This document shows, one piece after another, positions 1 to 11,700 of a DNA stretch of 64,000 bases; the stretch's first letter is position 1, and every line of letters starts with the position of its first letter. A program made the translations under genes and the position numbers. Origin of the DNA: Cladosporium halotolerans. Taxonomy: Eukaryota. The stretch spans positions 248,001-312,000 of the forward strand of contig NW_027191452.1 of NCBI RefSeq assembly GCF_011745625.1. The letters run 5' to 3'. Below the pieces are notes generated by a model that worked only from the letters and a program-made list of their open reading frames with translations, had not been told where the DNA came from and searched no databases.

Positions 1-321
1 TTTCGGGATGCGCTGGAGAACGTGCGTGTGGAGCACGAAAGTCATTCCACGTTTGCGTTTGATAACGGCATTCGTTTTTTCGTTTAATTCCACGTAGTAC
101 ACCTTGGTCTTGAGACAGATGAAGCCATGAGGATTTGGCGGGTCGCCGGCAGGCAAGTCATCATCGTCCGAAAGCTCGTCGGCATTGTGTATCTTGGTTC
201 CGTTACCACACTTGCGTTTGGTGGCCTTCGATCCTGCAGTCTCTTCGGTGCTCTCACGCTTCCGTTTCCCATCCTGCTCGTCCTTGTTGGTACTGACGAG
301 TGCGAAGATGCGGGACAGCAT
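1..321 (-). CDS. Partial gene running off the left edge; hypothetical protein, possibly BTB/POZ-like
   Basis: An ATG at 321 opens a stop-free frame to position 1 (MLSRIFALVSTNKDEQDGKRKRES...GMTFVLHTHVLQRIPK). It has basic NLS-like patches and an FxxHxxxL motif reminiscent of fungal BTB domains. It is absent from the ORF track because there is no stop inside the window. Confidence 0.4.
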   Translation of the reverse strand, partial: MLSRIFALVSTNKDEQDGKRKRESTEETAGSKATKRKCGNGTKIHNADELSDDDDLPAGDPPNPHGFICLKTKVYYVELNEKTNAVIKRKRGMTFVLHTHVLQRIPK

Positions 322-885
322 TGGACTGTATTGGACGGGTGCTTTAGGCGTTGTAAGCGTTGCTGATTGCTGTGACGAAAGATTGATGTTTTTCGTTGGA
401 TTCGAAGAATGGAACGATGATCAAAGAAGGGGTTTCAGTTGGTATAAGTCTCGGCGGTCTCAGCAAGGACGCCGGGGCTGCCTGACCGTTCATTCTTGCA
501 CATGATGAATGAATGGCCTCATGATTCTGTGTTGCCAAAAAAGTCGTTCGAGTCACCGGGAATATGCGCGTGCGTGAACCCCAAAAGAGCTAAGTCGACA
601 AAACTGTCTGCAAATGACACGTGCTTCAATGTTCATACCAGATCGCGTAGGTCTGCCAATGGTCTGAGTCCAGCAAGTCGTACGTCTTCATACTAGTTTG
701 GGATTGGCACAGCCGTGAAAGCGTCCAGGAGAAACTCGCGAGGCGTTCCGAGTGTCGCTTACAGCTCGCATCACGTGAATGAAGCACGTTGCTTTTGAAA
801 AGACTGTACCGCAAGTGATGAACAAGCGGTCTCAGCCTCACTCTCACTCGGAATCAATCTTTCACTCAGTGAACCTTCAGACCAC

Positions 886-1974
886 TCAGTACGGCGCGAA
901 CCTCTCACCCTCCTTCTTACTCTTCCTCTTCACCTTCTTTGACCCACCCGCCTCCCCCTTACCCCTCTCCTCCTTCGTCCCCTCCCCAAGCGCCCACAAC
1001 CTCACCATCCCATCCTCACCACAACTCAATACCCTCCCCTCATCAACAAACCTCAAATCCCTCACAACCTCCTCCCCATGCGCTCCCGGCAAATCAACTC
1101 CCTCCCCAAACTCCCACCCCCGCCCCTTGAGCTCCACAACCCTCAGCGTCCTCTTCTCATTGTGCCCGCACGCGACCACGGGATTCCCCAAAAACGACTC
1201 CCGCAGCACGTCGATCACGTACATGCAGTCCAGCTCGCCCCTCACGTCCCCGAACTCCTTCACCGGCAGCGCCTCCTCGTCCGCCGTCCCCGTCTTCTCC
1301 AGCCCGTACACCCACAGCTGCTCGTCCGTGCTGAGCGCGAACACCTGGTCTTCGGCCAGGAAGCCCGCGCAGTGCACCGCGCTGCGCGGGTTGAGCACCT
1401 GCTTCAGCGCGTCCTCCTCGTCGGCGACCTCCGCGTCGAAGACGGAGACGAGCCCGTCGGTGGATCCCGAGAGCAGCAGGCTGCGCTGCGTCGGGTGCCA
1501 CTGCAGCTGCGTGATGGAGTCCGTGTGGGAGTCGACGAAGCTGCGCAGGGGCGGCGCGGCGGGGTCGCGCAGGTCGTAGACGAGCACGCTGACGTCGCCG
1601 AGGCCTTCTTTTGTGCTCTCGGTGCCGGCGGCGAGGAGGTGGCCGGCGCACGCGAGGGCGGAGAAGCCGGCGCCTTTGGGCTCGCGGAGCTCGAGGGTGG
1701 GTTTGGGCGAGGCGCTGCGCGGGTCCCAGAGGCGGATGAGGCCGTCGCGGCCGGCGGTTATGAGGGTTGTGCCGTCTGAGGCGGTCGTGAGGCAGGAGAT
1801 GCCGGTGTGGGCGGACGCGTAGGTCCGGACGGGCTTGAGGTCTGGAAGGCTGAAGATGCGAAGGGAGTCGTCGGAGCCGATTGTGGCGAAGTCGGCGCCG
1901 GTGCGGGCGAGGGTGTAGAGGTAGGTGTCTGGTGGTGTCGAGAGGTTCGACTCGGCGATTTGTTTTGCGGGCAT
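886..1974 (-). CDS. WD40-repeat protein, WDR89/YNL035C-like
   Basis: Multiple WD repeats (AHTGISCL...TAGRDGLIRLWD; SHTDSITQLQWHP...LLSGSTDGLV; AHGEEVVR...SCGEDGMVRLW) and a basic C-terminus ending RFAPY. First ATG is at 1974 (MPAKQIAES). Confidence 0.85.
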   Translation of the reverse strand: MPAKQIAESNLSTPPDTYLYTLARTGADFATIGSDDSLRIFSLPDLKPVRTYASAHTGISCLTTASDGTTLITAGRDGLIRLWDPRSASPKPTLELREPKGAGFSALACAGHLLAAGTESTKEGLGDVSVLVYDLRDPAAPPLRSFVDSHTDSITQLQWHPTQRSLLLSGSTDGLVSVFDAEVADEEDALKQVLNPRSAVHCAGFLAEDQVFALSTDEQLWVYGLEKTGTADEEALPVKEFGDVRGELDCMYVIDVLRESFLGNPVVACGHNEKRTLRVVELKGRGWEFGEGVDLPGAHGEEVVRDLRFVDEGRVLSCGEDGMVRLWALGEGTKEERGKGEAGGSKKVKRKSKKEGERFAPY

Positions 1975-3338
1975 TTCACTGAAGTTGGTGACTTTTCGGA
2001 CGATTGGATTAAAATATGTTGATCGCCGTCGATCGACACGTTGGAAGGCTGTCGATGATTCGAAGTGTCTTCTGCCCGCTTTCTCCTCTTGATCAAATGA
2101 CCTGCAGTTCAAACTTTTTTCGCTAATAATTGGAGCGTGTTAAAGATTGTACGACAGCCTCGAAGAACGGATCCTACGATCAACCCGTAACATATATTTT
2201 GGAGTGTTCAATCGAGATTATGGATGAATCAACAAAGCTTTGACGTCCTACAATTTCTCGATACACGGCAAGACCGCGGGAAGGAAGAAAGTGAGGTCGG
2301 CGTCGGGCGCCGAAAAAGAACCCCACCGAGCCAATCAGCGCTCAGCAGACCGCACTCCGGGCTGACAATTCGCCTATACTGCGGCGGACAAGGACGTACA
2401 TATGCGAGACAACGCTCGTCTCGAAGGCGGGGCAATGCTCGGTTGCGTGCGAACGCATTAGCGCCGTGTGTCATGGTACTGTAATATTGCCGCGACATGC
2501 GCGGGATGTCGCACAGCACACGGGAATAATGCCAGCGAGCGGTGAGGTCCGGGGCGTCTACGGAGCAGATGTCGCACGCATTGCGCTGGATGTGGATTTG
2601 ATACGGCGCGTGAGACGCAGACGGCTGTCAGATGTCCTCTACTGCAGCGCTCGATCATCCCGAGCCGCTCGACGTGGTCCAGCCAGTGGAGCTTGGGCGC
2701 GGCCTGCTTCACTAAGGCGCTGTCGCGTCGGGCACGGCATATGGGAGAGTGGAGGTGCTGCATGTGGTTGAAGACGTGGTGTGCACGGAGCATCGGATGG
2801 GAAAGTGGTCACGTTGCGCGCGTGCACACGTGAACTCTGAACGACGCATGGCGGCGCGGAGAGCGGGCTGAGGGTGTGAAGTGTGGTGGCGTGGGTGGAC
2901 GCCGCAGTGCGAACAGCCTCGCAGCACGAAGCCCAAAGACCATCGCGAGCAGCCGATCGAGCGCTTGCTGGCGGCCCGCGGCGTGAGCGGCGGGCGAGAT
3001 TGGCGGGGATGGTGGAGGGAGGATTGGGCAGGCGATGCGGCGAGACTGATGAGACGAGCAGAGCCACCGCCTGGCTCGTCGAGCCCGCCGCGCTGGCTCG
3101 ATGGCGGATGGCGGATGGCGTTGTCGCGGCCTCTGCGGCGAGCCAGCCCAGCCAGTCGAGCCCGTCGAGCCAGTCGCTGCAGTCGCTGCAGTCACTCCTC
3201 CGCCAGCCGAGCGCGGGTCTGGGGCCCTGCAGCGCGACCTGGCGCCCAGTCCACGCCGCCTTCCTGCCTGCCCTGCTGGCCCTGCCCCGACCGGCCTGTC
3301 CTGCTGCTGCTGCGGTCAACGCTGATTTCTCTCAACTC

Positions 3339-3381
3339 CTCCTCCTTCTCCTTCTCCTTCTCCTTCGCTTCTTCCTCCTTC
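3339..3381 (+). repeat. Polypyrimidine (CTCCTT/CTT)n tract in the leader of the downstream gene
   Basis: ctcctccttctccttctccttctccttcgcttcttcctccttc read directly from the sequence. Confidence 0.6.
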
Positions 3382-3685
3382 CTGCTTCCCCTCGTTTGAC
3401 AAGATCCGCACCACCGCCATCTCCGCTACCACCACCAGTGTCCTCTCCTCCTTCACCCCTGTCGGTCTGGACCCCACCCACTCTCTCCGCCCTCCCACAC
3501 TCCCACAACGCCTCGGTCACCCTCTGCTCGCTCCAGCCAGCCGCCCACTCAGCCAGCCAGTCAAAGCGCCACACCTCCCGTCGCTCTCCGTGTCCGTCTG
3601 CGACGCTTGACACGCGAAAACAGTCTCTGCTCCCGTTTTGACGGTCTAAGAAAACACACATTTCCCATATCTTGACCCGGCAAAA

Positions 3686-4603
3686 ATGCGCCGCCAGACT
3701 CCCATCGCACACCTGCTCTACTCGCATCTTTTCCCGCGCCCTACCGACGACGATCCGCCCTCCTTCGCCGCTCACCTGGCCAAAAACCTCGTTCAGGAAG
3801 TCCGCCGCGAAGTCAACGAGTTCTACGGCGAGCTCGTCACCATCGAAGCCAAATACCCCGGCCTCGACTACTGCTATGGTCCCCACCGCATGCGGCTCGG
3901 CCGCTTCGAGCACCACCGCCGCCTCTTCGCCGTCTTCGACGAGCTGAACCTGACCTACCAGGAAATCCAGGATTTCTGCTGCTGGGAGGGCACGCGCTGG
4001 GCTCGCGAGCGCTACGAGAAGGATGAGGGCGTCACGATCGTGGATACCACAGCGAACGAAATTCGGCCATACGTCGACCGCAAGCTGCGCCGGTCTGCCG
4101 CTGGCCGCGCAGAAGACGCCGAGCACAGGAGAGGGAGCATCACGCGCAAGACGGACATCTCGGTCGTTTTCCAGGACGCGCCCCGAGCGGCCGGCAGGCG
4201 CAGCAGGGCACATCAGCCGCAAGCGGCAGTTTACATTCCTACGACTGGCGACGGCCCCGAGCAGGACGACGGGCGAGAGCCAGAAGATGACGAGGACACC
4301 AACATGTCCGACTCTGCGTCCGACGCGACCGCCTCACCCCTACCACCTAGCGAAGAAACCGGCTCGATCGAATGGCACCGCGCGCGTGTGGAGGCGCTAG
4401 AGCGATCACGCGATGCGGTGCTGCGCGATCAGCTGCAGACCGCGCTGGCGCAGGGCGTGCCTCTGACGCCGGAGCAGGAGCAGATGCTGAAGGAGCAGCA
4501 CGAGCGGAGCGATTCGCAGGCACTGGACGTGGCGAGGTCGGTGTGGTATGGGCAGCGCGCGCTGAACGGCGAGGCGAGCACGTCTGCCCGCGCGGCTGCT
4601 TGA
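3686..4603 (+). CDS. Conserved-looking fungal hypothetical protein, 305 aa
   Basis: Clean ATG-to-TGA ORF with strong C/G third-position bias and a pyrimidine-rich leader. Ordered N-terminal domain (HRRLFAVFDELNLTYQEIQDFCCWEGTRWARERYE) followed by an acidic disordered tail. Confidence 0.8.
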   Translation: MRRQTPIAHLLYSHLFPRPTDDDPPSFAAHLAKNLVQEVRREVNEFYGELVTIEAKYPGLDYCYGPHRMRLGRFEHHRRLFAVFDELNLTYQEIQDFCCWEGTRWARERYEKDEGVTIVDTTANEIRPYVDRKLRRSAAGRAEDAEHRRGSITRKTDISVVFQDAPRAAGRRSRAHQPQAAVYIPTTGDGPEQDDGREPEDDEDTNMSDSASDATASPLPPSEETGSIEWHRARVEALERSRDAVLRDQLQTALAQGVPLTPEQEQMLKEQHERSDSQALDVARSVWYGQRALNGEASTSARAAA

Positions 4604-5180
4604 GAGCAGCGAGATACGACAGGCGGCGATCTTCACTTCTTGCGCGAAGAACGCCTCCACGAAACGACAACGACGACGGCGCATCGCACCAACACCACTA
4701 GATGCTCCCGCTCACCTCGCCCAGATCATCTCATTTTTCCTCTTGGACATCTTTGATTTCTGGCAATTAGCAAGGCGCTGGGACATGAATTTCTCTCCCT
4801 GTTTTATTTTTCTTTTTTTTTCCCGTCTTTCCATTTTCCTGCCCGCATTCACGGTCTTCTCCTCGCCTTTACTTGCGGCTTCTGTCATGCGGTCCAGCGG
4901 CGCTAGTCGGCAGGGGAGAGTCGGGTGGGGACACAACGAAACGTGCGAAGCATACACAGCGCGCAGCAGCACACGTGGATCACGGCGTACGAGCGAGCAG
5001 CACCAAAACATCTTCAGCTTCATCTTGGGAGAATTTTCTGCGTTATTGTCGGAGGGGAAGGGCGATCGAGCAAAGCTGTGACATGACGAACAAGCACACA
5101 GCAGCAGAGGCGGGCTTCACGAGCCCGCCCACCTCAGCAGCGGACGAAGACGGCGGACCGCTGGCTAGACAGGGCACTTT

Positions 5181-5206
5181 ACCTTACCTTACCTTACCTT
5201 ACCTTA
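5181..5206. repeat. (ACCTT)5 pentanucleotide microsatellite
   Basis: accttaccttaccttaccttacctta read directly from the sequence. Confidence 0.85.
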
Positions 5207-7006
5207 GCCACGAGTAGTGAAAACCATCTTCACTTCCAAACCAGCACCTGCGCCGCTCTGAAGACAGAGACCTCTCTCATCGTCGTGCAACGCGGCCTTC
5301 CAGCGCCTCGCGCAGAGCCCACTCTTCCAAACCAACAGCCCCTCACAGCCACACCCACATCCACCCTCCGCACCCTCTCTCTCCCTTCCAAGCCTAAAAC
5401 CCGCCCATCCCGCGAGACAAACCCCCCATCCGCCCTCCCCCAGCCCAAACACCACACACCTCACCCACCCCACCCCCTTCCACGCCAGCACAAGCCAGCC
5501 CCCTCGCACGCGTCACGAGCCCTGCGCCCCGGCAGGAGCAGGCGCACCTCACAGCCCTGGCCCTGAAGCAATCTGCAGCACAGCATAGACTAGAAGGTCT
5601 CCGGGACGGCGGTTCCCAGCGGGTTTTGGTCCGCTGCGGTTTGACTCTGGAGTGGTGGTGCGGAGGAGGGCGTTGGCTGCGCGAGCGGGACGGAGAGGGA
5701 GGGAGGGAGGGAGGGGGGCGAGTTGTGTGTGGTTCGCTGCTGTTGGGATTGGGGCGGGAGAGATAGATGGATGTGCGGGCGGGTTAGAGGCAGCTGGGAG
5801 CTGGGAGCTGGGAGGGAGGGAGGGCGAGAGGCTGGGCGGTGGGTGGGTGGGTATTGAAGCGTCGTGGATTTTCTGCTGGACTGCGACTTGACTTGACTTG
5901 GGTGAGGTAGAGCTGCAGAGTCTGGTATTAGAGCAAGACGGACGTTGGAACGGAGAAGAGATGGAATCTGAGTATGAACGACGACGAAAGCTCTAGGATT
6001 TCCTTTTGCCTCGACCAGCAGAAAAGGCGACTGCGAAGCGATCTATAGACAGGCGGAGAGAGCAAAGAGGCAGAAGCAAAGCCGTGAGGCCTTCCTCGCT
6101 CCCTCCCTCCCTCCGAACCAACGACAACATGTAGTACTAGAAGAAATCTTTTAAGGCGCACGGGAACCCGCTGCGCCGGTCCTTCTAACGAAAAGCCCTG
6201 TATTCATAAAAGCGTGCGTGGCGAGTACCGAAAAATGAACAAAACAATAGCAAGCAAAGTCTCCCCGAGCGCCGAGCATGATCCCCAAGCAAAAGCAAAA
6301 GAAGTACAAATGTCATTCTCGAGCGAAATTTTATCGATCGCGCTGCTGTCGCGTGATCGGAAGCCCAAAACAAAACTTGAAACGCCGGTGAGCGGAGCGC
6401 CGGGTGGAAAAGCAAGAAAAGGCGAGGGTATTCCAAGACTCGCCGGCGCGGATGGTGTATCGTAGGTCGCGGCCCCAGTGAAGAGGGCGGACGACCCGGG
6501 CCAAAGAGAGAGGAGCGGACAATAAAAGACCGCACCTTCGGGTATCATAAGACAGGAGACATGGAAGGCAACACGGTTGCTCTCTCGAAGCGGAAAAAAA
6601 GACGGCAGGATTCGAAAAGCCATCCGCAAGAGTCGAGGCGCCTCGCGGAGGCGATCGAAGGTCCATCCGTCGTCTCGTGCGGCTATTCGTGTGCGTGCCG
6701 CACGCGAGCAGTTGTGGCCGAGTGGCGCGGTGATACATGCATGCATGCTTGTACCGAGCGCACGATATCGCCTGGCATTGCACAGCTATTGCTGTCGTAT
6801 AGTCCTCTCGGGGAGCATGGCGACGCCTCCGCGCCGCCGAGAGCGGTGAGTAGTGATGTCTGCATTTCGGCGCACCTAAGGCCGCATGAGGCACGTAGAC
6901 GGGGCTAGCGCCAAACTGAGTATGCAGGGTGCGAAGTGGTGCGGCTGCACGCCGTGACTCGCGGACCAAGCGCTAGCATGCATGACCACGCAAGCATTGA
7001 AGCGCC

Positions 7007-8749
7007 TCAATAACCGACGCCGGTTGCCATGCCGGTCAGTCCAGCCCCTGCCACATTCACGCTCATGCCCTGCAAATTGTTGGGCATGCCTGGAACGTTT
7101 TGCGGATTGAGCTTGAACTCCGGGTTGCAAGGCGGAGAATGTTGTCGGTGGTACTTGAGGCCGTTCAAGTTCTTGTAGCGCTTCCCGCACACCTCGCAGC
7201 GATATGGCTTCTCTTTCTCCATGCCGACGGTGCCCGGGTAGGGAATAGACGTCGCTGGGTCGACGATCGAGAAAGTGCCGTCGGGGTTCTCCTTCAGCTG
7301 TTGATTTTGGTGACCGTGTTGCTTGTGGTACTTGAGACCGTTCTGGTTCTTGTATGCCTTCTCGCAGCCGATGACGGGACACTTGAAGGGCTTGATCTCT
7401 TCTCCCACAAAGCCGCCTACGCCAGCAAGGCCGTTGAGAAGCTGGTTCTCGCGCACGCGCTTGGCGATCTCGCTGTTGTTGGCGAGGGCAGAGGCAGGGA
7501 AGCCTTTGTTGCCGTATCCTTGCTTGCTCAACAGACGCTTGGCAGGGTCATCGATGGTGCCAGAGCCACCGTTGGCCATATCTGCAGCGCTGACGTCGTA
7601 GTTGCCTTGCATGAGCTGGTTGTAGTCGATGTTGTTGAGGTTGCCAAGCTGGCTGTAGTCGATGTCTCCCTCTCCGGGAGTGCCCGGGGCGGAAGAATCG
7701 GGCGTCGCGATGCGCTGAGCCGCACTGAGAGTGGGTGTGTTGACCGATGAAACGGTAGGGTTGTTCTGGTAATTGAAGTTTTGAGAGTTGGCGTGTGGCG
7801 TCGACGCATCAGCGGAATTGAGACCTTGGCCCTGGAAGGCGTTGGCGATGTTGATATTGATTGGCGGAGCTCGAGGTTGCTGGCGGCCAAACTGAGGTTG
7901 TGGCTGAAACTGCGAGCCCTGAGGTTGCTGCATTTGGGATGCGGGCATGCCGTCATCCATCTCCATATCGTCGAGGCCGTCGAAACCGCCCATGTGGTCG
8001 TTATGTTGGCCGTTGAATAGCGGCGACGCGTTGGGCTGGAAGCTAGGCTGTGGCTGCGCGTATTGCGGTTGAGGCGTGCTGTGCGAACTCTGCGCTTGCT
8101 GTTGGACCGCCTGGGCAGTGCTCGAAGCGTTCGCAGCGCGGCTGCTGGGATATTGCTGATCTCTGGGTGTCCGTCCCATGGTCTGGTTGGGTTGTGCTGC
8201 GTGCGCCTCCTCGTAGTGCTGCAAGAGCTCGTGCATCGAGTCGAGACGGATGTCGCAGCAGACGTAGTCTTTCATGTAGTTCGCCTCCATCTTCGGGAGG
8301 TAGGACGACGAGTGGAGGGAAGGCGGTTGGATGCCGTTGTGCAGCATGGGCGAAGTGCCGCTCATGAGGAGACTGCAAAGGCGAGTTAGCTGAGATTCGA
8401 CGTGAAGGCTCGTCGGGCCGTAAACTCACTCGTCGCGGACGAAGCTGCCCATGGAAAGGCCGCCCCAGCTCATGCCGCCCATGAGGCTGCCGGAGAGCCC
8501 GACGTGGCTCTCGCGGCGGAAGCCCATGCCGTCTCGCACGGGGATGGCCTTCGCGCCGTAGGGTGTGGTGCTGAGCATGCTCACGGACTCTTGCCGCGGC
8601 TTGAGGTCGTTGCCGGGAATGCCGTCCATGTCCATGTCGGCGTCGGGCTGCGGCTGGCGCAGCTGGGATGTGAGGTTGGACTGCTGGTTGCGCGGCGGCG
8701 AGTTCGACGCCTGCCGTGGGGTGGCGATGTTTATAGGCGGGCTGGGCAT
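7007..8749 (-). CDS. SFP1: Split zinc-finger (C2H2) transcription factor Sfp1; 2 exons, intron 8373-8429
   Basis: C2H2 fingers FKCPVIGCEKAYKNQNGLKYHKQHGH and YRCEVCGKRYKNLNGLKYH, plus the N-terminal CC...LHELLQHYEEAH-type motif. The GTGAGT...GCTAAC...CAG intron joins SFVRD-D-LLMSGTSP. First AUG is at 8749 (MPSPPINIATPR). Confidence 0.9.
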
Positions 8750-11700
8750 GGTGTCGCCTGGGATGCGGATGTGCGGATAGTGGTCGCCGGGGAGGAAGAC
8801 GGCGCCCGAGGCGGCGGCGTCGTCGGGGAAGAGGATGTCGTCGCTGCTGAACTCGTCGGCAGTCGCGAATGGATCCGCGGGTTTTTGCGGGCGGGACAGC
8901 AGCAGGGCCGGGGCGAGGCAGGCGTGGGTGTCGCTGTGGTGGTGGTGGTGGTGGGTGTAGTGGTGCGCCGCGTGGGGAGGAGTGCTGACAGGCGAGCTCT
9001 CAGCACTGCTTTCGCGTCCACTGGGCGGGTGGAGAGGCGGCGTCGAGAGAGTTGAGGAGGCCACGGTGCCGGTGGTGGTGGAGGATCTTTTGGTAATATA
9101 GCGGAGGGCCGGGCGGCGAGTCGGCGCTTGGGCTGAGTCGGGTGGAGTCACCGAGCGGGCTAGGGGCAGCGGGCGCGAGGCGGTACGTAAGGAGACGCTG
9201 GCAGGAGCATAGGGCGAGGCAAGTGCGCCTTGGGTTTGGCAGGCGCGGAGCGAGCAGGGCCGGGCACGGGCGCGGTGATATATCTGTGGCAGACGCCGCG
9301 GGCTGCTCGGCCTGCTGGGCTGCTGGGCTGGGACGACGGTCGACGGACGGCTAGTACATAGTGAACGACACGCTGCTGCTGCTGATCGACAGGCGGCGGG
9401 CGCGCATCGACAAGCGTCACCACTGCTGCTGCCCTCGCCGCCGCCTCGCCGCATCGCCGCGTGCGCCGATGCCTGAACTCTGCTGCTCGCGGCTGGCGGA
9501 TGCGGATGGCGACGCAGGGCCAGCGCCGGCGGGCGCCAGAGGCTGCGCTGCGTAAGGTTACAGCTCGGCCGGCGCGCGTCCAATCACGCCGCCGCCTCAT
9601 AGCCGAGCGCGCCAGAAGCTCGAGGCGGCGAAGTCAGTTGCGCGGGAGCGCAGGGTGAATCACTCCATCCGCCGTGCGTGTGCCAGAGCTGGCAGAGCCA
9701 TGATCCGTCCGCATCGCGCATGCAGCTGCCAGGCTGATCCGCTCCCGCGTGGCGGGCCAGCGCCGGTGCAGCAGCGACGCCCGCCCTGCGCAGCCGCGTA
9801 GGCGCCCACCGTCCATGGCCGCCGTCTGGAGGGTGTGTACATTATGGATGGAGGCGAGGGAGGTACATCGCACACGTACCGCGGTGTGCTTCAGCTTAGC
9901 CTCGACCATTGCGCCGTCTGTGGGATCGACGTGCGGCGCGCAGGCAGGATGGACGATCCAGGCACGCATCGGCATGCCCTCCACCGCGGTGCCCTCACAA
10001 CGCCGCATCGTCTGCCTGTCACCCGTGTCGTGAGGCCTGCTGCTGTGCACCTCTCCCTGCTACATACTGTGCCCTCAGCGCCTCCGTCCCACCGCCCACG
10101 CCGTCCATCGTCGCCACCTGCGCTCCCGAGCGCCTCCCCGGCGTCTGCCACGCGAGCTCGCCGACGCAGGCCCGTCTCCCAGCGCCGTGGTGTCCGTGAC
10201 GCGCCCGCCCGACCGGCCACCCATGCCCGGCCCACTTGGCAGGCGATTTCCAGAAGCAAAGAAGACCCCCCCGGAACGCTTTCGTCGACGTCTGTGCGCG
10301 CCGCCGTCCCAGACGCACCCTGGCGTGCCTGTCGCCGCCAAATGAGGCCCGCCCGTCCTCGTCCTGCCATCCTGTGCCCTCGCTGCCCCCACCGACCCGA
10401 CGCAGCTTCACCTGCAGCGTGCAGTCTTGCGCGTGCACGGCCTGTGAGCGCACGCGATCCCGCGCCCGCTGTCGCCGCTACTGTGTCGACAGAACCACCG
10501 CGCCCGTCAACATCACCCTTGGCTTCCTTCGACCCGACGTCTGGAGAGTCTCGCTCTGCAGCGCGATGCGTCGCCGGCGCCGCTTGCGAACCTCGGTATC
10601 GTCCGGTGTCTGTGAGACACCTCAACCGCCGTATGGGCGCTGGCCGATGCCCGAGCAGCATTAGCAGCATTAGCTTTCACGCCATTAATTGTGAGGTCAC
10701 CGCTGCCTCTGTTTACAGGCATGCCCTGAGCAGCTCAGCTTGCCGTACTGCATGTCAAGCTGCGCGAGCGAAGTAAGCAATGACTCGCATCTTCACGAGT
10801 CGATCGCCCATCACGCGCGGGCACACGATGCGATGCGGCTGAAGCGTCGATTGTGACAGCGCGGTTGCTTCCTGGAGTCTGTTTCGTCCAACGTCGGCCA
10901 AAACTCGACGCCTTCGCCGACATTCATCCAAGGTTCACTAGGCGGCAGGCTTCCGCTAAAATGCCCGGCGCGCTGTGGACCAGCCGGGAGTCGGATGCAC
11001 GAGCTCGGATTCGATCCATTTTATTGTTCCTTCTTCTTGGTCAACGGCACTTGCTCGCGTGGCGGCTTCCTGACGACGCCCCATCAGCGACGGCACAGCG
11101 TGAGCCTGCAACTCACATTCTCGACATCTAGAACTTGCATAATACCCACATCCCCCCTTTTGGCACTTGCGCGTACTGTACGGCTCGCAGCTGCCTCGCT
11201 GCTTGTGGAGATTCTGCCCGCTCAAGGCGTCCAACCGATTAAATGCCAACGCTGGTAAGTTGCTGCAGCTACTGGCAAATCCCGGTCGTTCCACGGCTGC
11301 TCCCCTTGAAGACAGCGGGATCACTTGAATTTCCGCCAAACCGTTTGCAGGACCCGCTTCCGTGATGGTTCCGTTCCTGCCCGCCACCTCCCACAGCACC
11401 GTGAGAACTTGACTACGCGGTGCACCGTGTGCGCGCTTCGTCGAACTCTGGTTGTTCAGATTTTAGGGCAAGTCCTAATAGATTCATTATCACCCCCACG
11501 GATCCGCAGCACGAAACGCGTGCTGCAGCACGGAGCCGTCGTCACAGAAATGGAGCCAACAAGACCCTGATTGAGCCAGCACGGTCCTGGCTGTCAGGTC
11601 TGAGGTCTGTGGAGTTGCGGCGTCGTGAAGTTGAGCAGGTTTCCCGCCACCAGCAACGGTCGCGGTAGACGAGACGGCAAAACTGCTGCAGCATCGCTTC

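Noticed and set aside
779..1779. Long plus-strand ORFs (266 aa, 233 aa) and similar antisense ORFs over SFP1, MAS1, xdhA, UVE1 and the MpaB-like gene
   Set aside because: These are shadow ORFs caused by high-GC codon bias on the opposite strand of real genes; they have no motifs.
1940..1956. GGTTCGACTC T-loop-like motif suggesting a tRNA
   Set aside because: It lies inside the WD40 coding sequence, with no cloverleaf or A-box.
2639..3641. Overlapping 170-250 aa ORFs upstream of the gene at 3686
   Set aside because: Low-complexity Ala/Arg/Pro/Ser translations of GC-rich promoter or UTR sequence.
9835..10776. 313-aa and 259-aa ORFs in the SFP1 upstream region
   Set aside because: Arg/Pro/Ala-rich, with no domain or codon signature; expected by chance at this GC content.
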